Below are positions 8,258-17,345 of a stretch of DNA of 28,942 nt, in pieces. The position numbers were made by a program, and so were the translations under genes. Below the pieces are notes generated by a model. The model had not been told where the DNA came from. It ran no database searches and saw only the letters and a program-made list of their open reading frames with translations. Numbering within the stretch: position 1 is the first letter of the stretch; each line of letters opens with the position of its first letter. The stretch comes from an uncultured Gemmatimonadales bacterium (GTDB taxonomy: Bacteria > Gemmatimonadota > Gemmatimonadetes > Gemmatimonadales > GWC2-71-9): positions 1-28,942 of the forward strand of contig CAWGSK010000029.1 of NCBI GenBank assembly GCA_963825055.1. The letters are read 5' to 3'.

Positions 8258-8926
8258 TCAGCGGCTGGCGGTGTTCTGCATGTTGCTCTCGCCCGCGAAG
8301 TCGATGACGAACGCCACACGCCGGTTCTCCTGGCCCCGGTCACCAGGACCGTAGGCACCCGGCACCACCTGGCGGTTCCGCGCCTCGCCGTAACTCACCG
8401 TGTGCAGCATGCCGGCGTTCAGCCCGCCGCTGTTGACGAGATAGTCGCGCACGGCCTCGGCGCGGTTCAGGCCGAGTTCCTGATTGTATGCGGCGCTCCC
8501 GGCGGGATCCGCAAAGCCCTCGATGGTGACGTGAGCGTTGCTGTAGCTGCTGCCGACGACCTTGGCGAAGCGGTCGAGCAGCGCCTGGTCGGTCTCGCGA
8601 ACCGTCGCATCATTGAAGGCGAAGTGGACCGGAACATTGAACCGGAGCGCCGTCTCCATCCGCTGCACGCTGGCATTGAATTCCGTGCGAAGTGCCTGCA
8701 GGTCCCGCTCGAGGCTGTCGAGCCGGGTGGACATTTCGGTGATGCGCTGGTCGTTCGCGGCGATCCGGCGCGACAGCGCGCTGTCGCCCTCCGCCATTTC
8801 GGTCCGCACGGCCGTCAACTCTGTCTGGAGCTGGTCGGGGGTCACCCGCGAGCAGCCGGCCAGCCCGGCGAGCGACACGACGCCAAGCAAGGCGGCCTTG
8901 CCAAAACGAACGGTGATCGATGACAT
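8258..8926 (-). CDS. OmpA-C (peptidoglycan-binding) family lipoprotein with N-terminal coiled coil
   Basis: GGAGG RBS and lipobox LAGC. Motifs: VHFAFND, IEGFADPAGSAAYNQELGLNRAEAVRDYL, SYGE, NRRV. Confidence 0.92.
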   Translation of the reverse strand: MSSITVRFGKAALLGVVSLAGLAGCSRVTPDQLQTELTAVRTEMAEGDSALSRRIAANDQRITEMSTRLDSLERDLQALRTEFNASVQRMETALRFNVPVHFAFNDATVRETDQALLDRFAKVVGSSYSNAHVTIEGFADPAGSAAYNQELGLNRAEAVRDYLVNSGGLNAGMLHTVSYGEARNRQVVPGAYGPGDRGQENRRVAFVIDFAGESNMQNTASR

Positions 8927-9175
8927 CCTGGGAACCTCCTCGTATGTAATCCGGCTGAATATATCGGCCCGCCGTCCACCCGGTCCCGGGTGAGCCGGTG
9001 GGCTCTGCCTCGCAGGGGTGGGTGCACCCCTGCCAACGCGGACAATATATCCCGCCGGCGGGGGCGCCGTTGGTGATGTGGGTCACGCCCGGCCCCCGGG
9101 GGCGTCTTGTCCCGCGCGCCCTTCTCCCCTAACCTTTGGGCGGCCATTTTCCCCTTCCCGCCGGAGCCGTTCCGC

Positions 9176-9598
9176 ATGATCCCGGAGGCATTTTCCGAGG
9201 CATGGGCCCATGCCTGGTGCTCCCACCTCATGTCCCGACCCGCGTTCCGCGAGGCCGCCCGGGCATGGGACTCCCCGGTCGTCCTTGCCATGACCAGGAA
9301 CGGCCCCGGATCGGAAACCAGGGCAGTATACGTCCGCCTTGCGGGTGGAACGTGTCATGAGGCTCGAACGGCCACCGCGGCGGACCTCGCGTCCGCGCCA
9401 ATCGCCTTCGAGGCCGGCGCGGGGGTGTGGCGCGACCTGTTCGGGGGCTCCCTCCCACCCGTTACCGCCCTGCTCGGAGGAAAGCTCCGGCTGGTCCGGG
9501 GGACCCTCACGGCACTCCTGCCGTTCGCCAGTGCTGCCCGGGAGCTGATCGACGCGGCCGGCGAGATCGAAACCAGTTTCCCGGAAGGCTGGGGCTGA
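9176..9598 (+). CDS. SCP2 sterol/lipid-binding domain protein
   Basis: ATG at 9176 after GGAG. AFSEAWA...W start and WRDLFGGSLPPVTALLGGKLRL are typical of SCP2 domains. Confidence 0.75.
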   Translation: MIPEAFSEAWAHAWCSHLMSRPAFREAARAWDSPVVLAMTRNGPGSETRAVYVRLAGGTCHEARTATAADLASAPIAFEAGAGVWRDLFGGSLPPVTALLGGKLRLVRGTLTALLPFASAARELIDAAGEIETSFPEGWG

Positions 9599-9876
9599 CC
9601 CGGCGGTGTCCGCCGGGGAGATAACATCGTCCCCCGGTGAGAGCACCGGCCACCCCGGGCAACGGTCCGTGATTCCGGGGCATCAAACACCCAGCACATG
9701 CTGGTACCTCAGTTTGCAGTCCGAGCGGCGCTCCGCAGGGCAGGAACCCCGCCCTGACACGGCCTGCCGGGCCAGGCGGCACGTAAGTGACTGGCACAGG
9801 GCAACCTGGCCGGTTCCGGTATCAGAATTGCACGCTAAATGGACGGATCCTCACCACGAGAACGCCCGTGACCGGC

Positions 9877-11763
9877 ATGACACGTACGCTGCGCCAGCAG
9901 GCCCTCGCCATCGCGCCCATCGCGCTGGCGGCGCTCGTGGCGCTCGCGTGCCGGGCCGACGAGAAGCTGGTGCAACCCGTGGTGCTCGCCATCGCAACCC
10001 CGGACGCGCAGCTCGCCCCCGACGTTCCCCTCCGGGTGCAGGGCTCCAGCCTCCGCGGCCTGACCGCCTCCATCGGGACGCGCCGGCTGCGTGTACGGCT
10101 CACCTCGGATTCGTCGGCGGAGGTCACCGTTCCCGCAGACCTCTTCGCCCCATGTACGCCGGCCGGCGTTCCCTGGGCCGTGAACCTCCGGCGGGGCCGC
10201 GCTCGCCGGACGCTCACCCTGCCGTCCGTCGAAGTCCCGCTGCGAGCCGAACTCTCCCCGGGCGACCACGTCATCCTGTCGAATGCCGTTGAACGCGGCT
10301 GCACCGTCGAGTTGCCGGACTCGGGCCAGTACATCGCAATGCCTTTCACCTGGGACCATGCAGGCGACGTCCGCGCGGCGGAGGTGCAGCCGGTACTGGG
10401 GCGCCTCTCAGTCAGCCGCATCGCGCCCGCCGACACCAGCCACGCGCTGCCCATTCAGCCGGAGGCCAGCGAACTGTCCGACCTCTGGCTTGCCGCCTCC
10501 TCGGGGCGCGTCGCAGGCGACATGGCCACGCACGGAACGACAACCGGCCCGTTGAGTTTCCGGACGCTCTCCACGAGCGTGGAGCAGCCGAATGCCTGCG
10601 TCCATTCCCTCGGCCTGGGCGACACGCTGATGGTCGCCGTCGAGCGGGATCGCTGGGGCCTCTTCCACGGCCTCCATGGCGACTCCGCGGTGCGCGAGCC
10701 CTGGCGCGTGGTGGCCGTGTCGTCCCGCCTGCTCGTCCTGTTCGACCGCGCGACGCTCGCCCGCGCCCGGGGCAATCCTTCGGTCGAGGCACGGCTCCAG
10801 GACTTCCTGGTCCGCTATGACACGCTGGTCGCCCCGTTCTTCCATGACCTGCTCCCGGGGTGGGAACCCAACGGACGTATCCCGCTCCTGGTCACCGATA
10901 CGAGCGCCGTGCGTGCCAGGGGCTATGCCTATCCGAGCTGGACCGTCGGCTCCCGCTGCGCCGGGGAGGCGGGGCGCTTGAGCCTGATCTGGATGGACGG
11001 TCGCGCCCTGTTCCACTCCTCGCGGGCCCAGCAGGCGGCGCTCCTTGCCACGAGCGCCCATGAGACGGCCCACCTCGCCGACTTCGGCACGCGCGCACCG
11101 GCCGCCCGGGCCGACGCCGGCGCCTGGCGTGACTGGACCGTCGAGGGGTACGCGGACCTGGTCCGCCATCTCTGGACCCTCCCCGACGCCCGTACCATCG
11201 TTGCCAACGCCGACACCATCCCGGTGCGCAGCGTGGAAGCTGGCGTCGGAATGCGCAGTCTCTGCGGCGTCAGCCTGCCTCGCGAGAAGCTCCGGCACAT
11301 CGACGATGTGCTCGACTACCCCGCCGCCTGCCTGATGGTCAGCTCCCTGGTGAGCCGGGCGGTTGAGCGGGGCGAACCCTTGAGCCGCGTGCTCGAGACC
11401 TATTCCATGCTGCCGGCCAGGCTCACCTTCACGGAGGTCAGCAATGGCCTGCTGGGTGAATCACGACCGGCCCCGGACGTGGTCGGGGAGTGGCTGCTCT
11501 CGTGGTATGCCGACGAATTGGCCGGGGCGAGTCCGTCCATCCAGAACCCGATGTGGAACCTGCGGGCATTCTTCCCCGCGGAAGACCTGGTGGACGAACG
11601 CATCCGGCCGTGGGGCGGGCATCGCTCCATCCGCCTGCGCGGCATTGATGCGTCGTACGTGTCCGTAACCACCGGCAGTCCGGTGCGGGTCGGCTGGACC
11701 GCGCCCGACGGCTCGCCCCTCCCCGCCGACCGTACCGGACTGGCCCTCCTCCGCATCCGCTGA
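9877..11763 (+). CDS. Hypothetical lipoprotein with zincin-like HExxH motif
   Basis: Signal peptide ending LVALAC; SAHETAH with downstream WTVEGYAD. Confidence 0.7.
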   Translation: MTRTLRQQALAIAPIALAALVALACRADEKLVQPVVLAIATPDAQLAPDVPLRVQGSSLRGLTASIGTRRLRVRLTSDSSAEVTVPADLFAPCTPAGVPWAVNLRRGRARRTLTLPSVEVPLRAELSPGDHVILSNAVERGCTVELPDSGQYIAMPFTWDHAGDVRAAEVQPVLGRLSVSRIAPADTSHALPIQPEASELSDLWLAASSGRVAGDMATHGTTTGPLSFRTLSTSVEQPNACVHSLGLGDTLMVAVERDRWGLFHGLHGDSAVREPWRVVAVSSRLLVLFDRATLARARGNPSVEARLQDFLVRYDTLVAPFFHDLLPGWEPNGRIPLLVTDTSAVRARGYAYPSWTVGSRCAGEAGRLSLIWMDGRALFHSSRAQQAALLATSAHETAHLADFGTRAPAARADAGAWRDWTVEGYADLVRHLWTLPDARTIVANADTIPVRSVEAGVGMRSLCGVSLPREKLRHIDDVLDYPAACLMVSSLVSRAVERGEPLSRVLETYSMLPARLTFTEVSNGLLGESRPAPDVVGEWLLSWYADELAGASPSIQNPMWNLRAFFPAEDLVDERIRPWGGHRSIRLRGIDASYVSVTTGSPVRVGWTAPDGSPLPADRTGLALLRIR

Positions 11764-11813
11764 CCGGCGCCGGCTATTCCACCACCGGCGCTCCGCCTGT
11801 ACCTTCCCACCCC

Positions 11814-12596
11814 ATGACCACACTTCAGGGGAAGCGTGCGCTCGTCTGCGGCAGCACGCAGGGCATCGGCCGGGCGTGCGCCGTGGCGCTGGCGGAGGCG
11901 GGCATGGCGATCACGCTGCTCGCGAGAAACCGCGCGTCGCTCGAAGCCACCCGGGCCGCGCTCCCCGGGAATCCCGACGCGCACGACTGGCTCGAGGCGG
12001 ACTTCACCGATCCTGACGCCGTCCGCGCGGCAGTCGGGGGATGGCTGGAACACCACGGGCCGGTTCACGTGCTGGTCAACAACACAGGCGGCCCGCCTGC
12101 CGGCCCGGTCCTGACGGCCAGGCCTGAGGAATTCGAACTGGCACTCCGGGCCCACCTCGTCTGCAACCAGTTCCTCGTCCAACTCGTGGTGCCGGGCATG
12201 CGGACGGGCGGCTACGGCCGGATCATCAACATCATTTCCACCTCGGTGAAGCAGCCGATCCCGAACCTGGGCGTCTCGAACACCATTCGCGCCGCTGTGG
12301 CGAACTGGTCGAAGACTCTGGCCGGTGAGCTCGGACCGGACGGGATCACGGTGAACAACGTGCTTCCGGGCGCCACCCGCACCGGCCGGCTGGACAGTCT
12401 CATCCGCAAGCGGGCGGAGGCAACGGGGCGCCCGGAGGGATCCATAGCGGACGACATGCAGGCCGAGATCCCCCTGCGACGCTTTGCGGAACCTGAGGAA
12501 ATCGCCGCCGCGGTTGCCTTCCTGGCCAGCCCGGCCGCGGGGTACATCTCCGGCGTGAACCTCCCGGTGGACGGCGGGCGCACGGCATGCCTCTGA
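11814..12596 (+). CDS. SDR-family oxidoreductase, atypical (no catalytic Tyr)
   Basis: Motifs CGSTQGIG, VNNTGG, GRIINI, TVNNVLPG, VDGG. The YxxxK position reads SNTIR. Confidence 0.92.
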   Translation: MTTLQGKRALVCGSTQGIGRACAVALAEAGMAITLLARNRASLEATRAALPGNPDAHDWLEADFTDPDAVRAAVGGWLEHHGPVHVLVNNTGGPPAGPVLTARPEEFELALRAHLVCNQFLVQLVVPGMRTGGYGRIINIISTSVKQPIPNLGVSNTIRAAVANWSKTLAGELGPDGITVNNVLPGATRTGRLDSLIRKRAEATGRPEGSIADDMQAEIPLRRFAEPEEIAAAVAFLASPAAGYISGVNLPVDGGRTACL

Positions 12597-14062
12597 TGCG
12601 GGAGGTGGCGAACTTCATCGGTGGCGAGTTCACCGCCCCCGCCGGGGACGCCTGGCTGGACAACGTGGAGCCGGCCACCGGCGAGGTGCTCGGCCGGGTC
12701 GCGGCCAGCGACGCGGAGGACGTGGCGCATGCCGTGGAGGCCGCGCGTACCGCCTTCCCCGGATGGTCCGGCACGCCAGCCGGCGAACGGAGCCGGATCC
12801 TGCTCCGCCTCGCCGACCTGCTCGAGGAGAACCTGGACGACCTGGCGCACGCCGAGTCGGTGGACACCGGAAAGCCGGTGACCCTGGCCCGCGCCGTCGA
12901 CATCCCGCGCGCGGTGCTCAACATGCGGTTCTTCGCCACCGCCATCCTCCACACCTCGTCCGAGTCGCACGCCACGGACGGCCGTGCCCTCAACTACACC
13001 CTGCGCGGCCCCCGGGGCGTCACCGGGCTCATCAGCCCGTGGAACCTCCCGCTCTACCTGCTGACCTGGAAGGTCGCTCCCGCCATTGCGACGGGGAACA
13101 CGGCCGTAGCCAAGCCATCGGAGCTGTCGCCGGTCACGGCGGCGATGCTGGCCGGGTTCGCGCGCGATGCGGGGCTGCCCCCGGGCGTGCTGAATGTCGT
13201 GCAGGGACGCGGGGCCGCCGCGGGCGCGGCCCTCGTGGAACATCCGGAGGTCGGCACGATCAGCTTCACCGGCGGCACCGTGACCGGCGCGGCAATCGCG
13301 CGCGCGGCCGCCCCCCGGTTTGCCAAGCTCACGCTGGAGCTCGGCGGGAAGAACCCGACGATCGTCTTTGCCGATGCCGATCTGGACGCAGTCGTGGCCA
13401 CGCTGACCCGCTCGGCGTTTGCGAACCAGGGGCAGATCTGTCTCTGCGGTTCACGGATCCTGGTTGAGGAGCGCTGCCGCGAGGCCTTCCTGGAACGGTT
13501 CGTCCGGGCGACCAGGGCCCTCCGACAGGGCGACCCGCTGGATCCGGCCACCGAACAGGGCGCGGTAATCTCGCAGGGTCACTTCGAAAAGGTCATGGGC
13601 TACATCGAGCTTGCCCGGAAGGAAGGCGGGACCATCCTGGCGGGCGGCCGTCCCGCCACGGGGCTGCCGGAACGATGCCGGAACGGGTGGTTCATCGAGC
13701 CCACGATCGTCGCCGGCCTTGGTCCGGAGTGCCGGGTGAACCAGGAGGAGATCTTCGGGCCCGTCGTCACCGTCCAGGGTTTTTCAACGGAGGACGAGGC
13801 GATCCGGCTCGCCAACGACTCGGCCTACGGGCTCGCGGCGTCGGTCTGGACCTCCAACCTGACTCGCGCGCATCGCGTCGCGGGGGCGGTCGCCTGCGGA
13901 ACGGTCTGGGTGAACTGCTGGCTGCTGCGTGACCTGCGGGTGCCGTTCGGCGGCATGAAACAGAGCGGTGTCGGGCGGGAGGGTGGTGAGGAGGCGATCC
14001 ACTTCTTCACCGAGGCGAAGAACGTCTGCGTGGCGCTGCCCGCGGAAGACGAGGCGCGATGA
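12587..14062 (+). CDS. 2-aminomuconate/2-hydroxymuconate 6-semialdehyde dehydrogenase (ALDH8-like)
   Basis: Motifs SPWNLPL, FTGG, LELGGKN, NQGQICLCGSR, EEIFGPV, WVNCWLLRDLRVPFGG; pathway context. Start may be 12596. Confidence 0.88.
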   Translation: MPLMREVANFIGGEFTAPAGDAWLDNVEPATGEVLGRVAASDAEDVAHAVEAARTAFPGWSGTPAGERSRILLRLADLLEENLDDLAHAESVDTGKPVTLARAVDIPRAVLNMRFFATAILHTSSESHATDGRALNYTLRGPRGVTGLISPWNLPLYLLTWKVAPAIATGNTAVAKPSELSPVTAAMLAGFARDAGLPPGVLNVVQGRGAAAGAALVEHPEVGTISFTGGTVTGAAIARAAAPRFAKLTLELGGKNPTIVFADADLDAVVATLTRSAFANQGQICLCGSRILVEERCREAFLERFVRATRALRQGDPLDPATEQGAVISQGHFEKVMGYIELARKEGGTILAGGRPATGLPERCRNGWFIEPTIVAGLGPECRVNQEEIFGPVVTVQGFSTEDEAIRLANDSAYGLAASVWTSNLTRAHRVAGAVACGTVWVNCWLLRDLRVPFGGMKQSGVGREGGEEAIHFFTEAKNVCVALPAEDEAR

Positions 14063-14526
14063 GCGACGGTGATCGCATCATCAGCGGCCGGGCACCCGAG
14101 CCGGTGGGAGCGTTCCCGCATGCCCGGCGCGTGGGCAACCTCGTGTTCTGCTCGGGAATCGGTCCACGGGTGCGCGGGACGAAGGACATACCGGGCGTGG
14201 AACTCGACGCCGACGGCGAGGTGGTGCGCTACGACTTCGAGAGCCAGTGCCGGCAGGTATTCGCGAATGTCCGCGCGGTGGTCGAGGAGGCCGGCTCCGG
14301 CTGGGACGGCATCGTGGACGTCACCGTGTTCCTCACGGACATGAAGCGGGACTTCCCGGCCTTCAACCGCCTCTACGCCGAGTACTTCGCCGGCAACCAG
14401 CCGGCGCGCACGACGGTCGAAGTGAATCGCCTGCCGACCCCGATTGCGATCGAGTTGAAGGTGGTGGCGGTGATGAAAGGCCAGGGAAGAGGGAACGGGG
14501 AAGAGGGGACAGGCAGTAGGGAGTAG
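14059..14526 (+). CDS. RidA/YjgF-family protein, probable 2-aminomuconate deaminase
   Basis: ATGA overlap. Motifs APEPVGAFPHARRVG, DVTVFLTDMKRDF, FNRLYAEYF, PARTTVEV, IELK; pathway context. Confidence 0.85.
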   Translation: MSDGDRIISGRAPEPVGAFPHARRVGNLVFCSGIGPRVRGTKDIPGVELDADGEVVRYDFESQCRQVFANVRAVVEEAGSGWDGIVDVTVFLTDMKRDFPAFNRLYAEYFAGNQPARTTVEVNRLPTPIAIELKVVAVMKGQGRGNGEEGTGSRE

Positions 14527-14573
14527 GGAGTAGGGAGTAGGGAGTAGGGAGCAGGGATCAACAATAGGGAGCA
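14484..14573 (+). repeat. Purine-rich heptamer array: (GGGAGTA)x4 plus degenerate GGGRRNA-like units
   Basis: Exact units at 14519, 14526, 14533 and 14540. Degenerate in-phase units start at 14484 and span the RidA stop. Confidence 0.9.
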
Positions 14574-14585
14574 GGATTTCCGGTA

Positions 14586-14621
14586 CCGTTCACCGTTCTT
14601 GCCGTTCACCGTTCACCATCA
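14586..14621 (-). repeat. Heptamer array (TGAACGG)n over the kynB 3' end
   Basis: Plus strand reads CCGTTCA, CCGTTCT, CCGTTCA, CCGTTCA. Confidence 0.75.
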
Positions 14622-15228
14622 GCACAGCCCGCACCGGGCTTGCGTCGAACCCCATCAGGCGCAGCGGGAGAGCCGCCAGTTCCCCTTCCCCTTCCGGCAC
14701 GCCTGCCAGCACCAGCCCTTCGAGGTTGACCATCCCGTGGCCGAAAAGCCGGTGGTGGGTGGGAAGGTCTTTCGAGTCGAACAGGTCAATGCTCGGGGTG
14801 TCCACGCCCATGAGCACCACTCCGGCCTGGTGCAGGTAGTCCACCAGCTCGGGAGACGGCGCCGCGAAGTCCTCGTTGAAGGTCGCTGGATCGAACGTTC
14901 CGGTGGCGAGCAGGATGCGGGGTGCCGTCACCGGAGCCGTCAGTGCCGCGGGACCGAACCGCCTGCCCCGCTCGGCACGCACCCGGATCACCTGGCACCG
15001 GCCGAGGAACAGTGATGGATCGAGCTCACCGGCTCCGGCACCATCCGGCAGGAAGTGCACCGGGCTGTCGGCGTGCGCGCCAAGGTGCACCGTGGCGTGC
15101 AGCGTGGAAAGAGTGACGGCGTCGCCGCGGGCGCGGTCGAGCAGCACCTCGCGCCGGAGCGGGCTGTCGCCCGGCCAGACCGGGAGGTCCGGGCCGAGAG
15201 GTGGAGAGAGATCGTAGAGCGTACTCAC
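14590..15228 (-). CDS. kynB: Kynurenine formamidase (cyclase family)
   Basis: GTG start overlapping the kynA stop (GTGA). Motifs YDLSPPL, PVWPGD, HLGAHADSPVH, GVDTPSID, LEGL, DASPVRAVL. Confidence 0.9.
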   Translation of the reverse strand: MSTLYDLSPPLGPDLPVWPGDSPLRREVLLDRARGDAVTLSTLHATVHLGAHADSPVHFLPDGAGAGELDPSLFLGRCQVIRVRAERGRRFGPAALTAPVTAPRILLATGTFDPATFNEDFAAPSPELVDYLHQAGVVLMGVDTPSIDLFDSKDLPTHHRLFGHGMVNLEGLVLAGVPEGEGELAALPLRLMGFDASPVRAVLMVNGERQER

Positions 15229-16004
15229 ATCCGCTGCCGCACGGCCCAGAGATCGGGAAAAAGCGGCTTGAAGAGGCTCCGCTTCAGGAACTCGATCCCC
15301 GCCGAGCCGCCGGTGCCATGCTTCCGCCCGATGGTCCGCTCCACCAGCTTGACGTGCCGGTAGCGCCACTCCTGGATCCCCTCGTCGCAGTCCATCAGCA
15401 GCTCGAACAGGATGACCAGGTCGGGCTGGTCACGGTACGCCTGCTCCAGCGCCTCCTGGAACTCCTCGCTCGCCTCCACGGGACGGCGGACGTCCCGGTC
15501 CACCAGCTCCTGCGGCACGCGCAACCCCCGCGCACCCAGCATGCGGTAGAGGGCATCCATGAGCGAGGGTTCCGCGAGGCGTGCCTCGAGCCGCGCGCGG
15601 GCCGCCTCGGCCGGCTGCTGCCCAATCACCTCCGGCCGCTTGTACCCGAAGAGGAACTCCATCTCGCGGAACTGGACACTCTGGAAGCCGGACGCCGTAT
15701 CCAGGCGGTCACGGAAGGATGCGAAGGAGAGCGGAGTCATGGTCTCGAGGATGTCGAGCTGGCCCACGAGGGTCTTCAGCACCGCACGGATCCGCTTGAG
15801 GGTGGTGATCGCCCCGTAGAGGTCATTCGCGTAAAAGTCGGCCCGGACCTTTTCCGCTTCGTGCAGCATGAGGCGGAACCAGAGCTCGTAGGTCTGGTGG
15901 ATGACGATGAACAGCATCTCGTCGTGCTCCGCCGGGTCCGAGCGGGGGACCTGCATGCGAAGCAGCTGGTCCAGCATCAGGTAGCTCTCGTAGGTGAGTT
16001 CCAT
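15225..16004 (-). CDS. kynA: Tryptophan 2,3-dioxygenase
   Basis: Motifs LTYESYL, HDEMLFIVIHQTYELWF, ASGFQSVQFR, WRYRHVKLVERTIG, GTGGS. Confidence 0.96.
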   Translation of the reverse strand: MELTYESYLMLDQLLRMQVPRSDPAEHDEMLFIVIHQTYELWFRLMLHEAEKVRADFYANDLYGAITTLKRIRAVLKTLVGQLDILETMTPLSFASFRDRLDTASGFQSVQFREMEFLFGYKRPEVIGQQPAEAARARLEARLAEPSLMDALYRMLGARGLRVPQELVDRDVRRPVEASEEFQEALEQAYRDQPDLVILFELLMDCDEGIQEWRYRHVKLVERTIGRKHGTGGSAGIEFLKRSLFKPLFPDLWAVRQRM

Positions 16005-16016
16005 GGTCGAACCGTC

Positions 16017-17345
16017 TCAGGAGAGGAAGCAGCCCGCCAGCAGGAGGGCAGCGGCACAGAGGACCAGCAGGGCGACGGCCACGAGGCCCGCCACCTGCCA
16101 CTGGCGGCGCGCCCGGCGCACCGCATCGGCGTAGGGCACCCGCATGAAGGAAACCATCGTATACAGGGGAATGAACCAGCGCGGGAACAACCGGTGCAGC
16201 CCGGCCTCCAGTCGCTTCCCCACCAGAAAGATGGGGGAAGCGACCCTGTCGCGCATCTCCACGAAATTGGCGATGGCCAGGTCGGCCAGCGCGTCGGCGT
16301 GCTCCTTCCGCCGCGCATGGTAGGTCGCGAAGGCCCGGGCCCGGTCGTGGGGGAACTCCCGCAGGCAATCCTGGAGGATCACGCAATCCTCGAAGGCCGC
16401 GTTGGCGCCCTGGCCGTAGAAGGGGACCACGGCGTGGCACGCATCCCCCACCAGCACCACCCGGTCGCCCACGAACCACGGATCGCACCGGACCGTGACG
16501 AGGGAGCCGGTCGGGTTCTCGAAAAAGTCCTGTGCCAGGGTCGGCATGAGCGGGATCGCGTCGGGATAGTGCTGCCTGAAGAAGGCGAGCAGGTCCGCCG
16601 GCGTACGGACACTGGCGAAGCTCGCGGGCCCCTCGAAGGGCCAGAACAGGGTGCAGGTGAACGAACCGTCGGCGTTCGGCAGCGCAATCATCATGTACCC
16701 GCCCCGGGGCCAGATATGCAGCGCATGCCGCTCCATCTGGAACCCGCCCCCCGCCGCGGGCGGGATATAGAGCTCCTTGTAGCCGTGCGAGAGATAGGAC
16801 TGCTGGTAGTTGAACCGGTCCATTCGCTGCATCCGGCTCCGGACGGCGGAGAAGGCGCCGTCGGCACCCACGATGATCCCGGCGTCCACGTTGCGGGTCG
16901 TACCGGCCTGCTCGTGCTCCAGCACCAGTTCACCCCGATCCAGGTCCACCCGGCGGCACCGCTCGCCGAAGGTGATGCGGACACCCTGCTCGCGCTCGGC
17001 GGCGTTCAGCAGGGCGATGTTCAGGTCGCTGCGGGACACGGAGTTGATCGCCTGTCCCGCCGTGCCGTAGGGCTGGAACGCCACCGGACCGCCGGTCGCG
17101 TGGATCATCCGGCCCTTCATGGGGATCGCCATGCCCAGGATTTCCGCGGCAATGCCCGCCCGCTCCATGGCGTGCAGGCCCCGCGCCGAGATGGCCAGGT
17201 TGATACTCCGGCCGGCCTCGGCGCCCAGGCGGCGCGGATCGGGCCGCCGGTCGTACACCTCGACCTCGTACCCGAGACGGGCCAGCAGGATGGCCATCAG
17301 CGAACCGGCGAGGCCCGCGCCAACCACGGTGTAGCGATCGGTCAT
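16017..17345 (-). CDS. kmo: Kynurenine 3-monooxygenase
   Basis: Start [14 protein letters not shown] overlaps the kynU stop. Motifs GRSINLAISARG, ALHIWPRG, GDACHAVVPFYGQGAN, FIPLYTMVSF. Confidence 0.95.
   Translation of the reverse strand: MTDRYTVVGAGLAGSLMAILLARLGYEVEVYDRRPDPRRLGAEAGRSINLAISARGLHAMERAGIAAEILGMAIPMKGRMIHATGGPVAFQPYGTAGQAINSVSRSDLNIALLNAAEREQGVRITFGERCRRVDLDRGELVLEHEQAGTTRNVDAGIIVGADGAFSAVRSRMQRMDRFNYQQSYLSHGYKELYIPPAAGGGFQMERHALHIWPRGGYMMIALPNADGSFTCTLFWPFEGPASFASVRTPADLLAFFRQHYPDAIPLMPTLAQDFFENPTGSLVTVRCDPWFVGDRVVLVGDACHAVVPFYGQGANAAFEDCVILQDCLREFPHDRARAFATYHARRKEHADALADLAIANFVEMRDRVASPIFLVGKRLEAGLHRLFPRWFIPLYTMVSFMRVPYADAVRRARRQWQVAGLVAVALLVLCAAALLLAGCFLS

Noticed and set aside
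9012..9033. Perfect hairpin GCAGGGGTG-GGTG-CACCCCTGC upstream of the OmpA-family gene
   Set aside because: The inverted repeat is real, but it has no U-tract or riboswitch consensus, so no function can be assigned.
9792..9806. TGGCAC as a sigma-54 -24 box
   Set aside because: There is no TTGC at the required -12 spacing.
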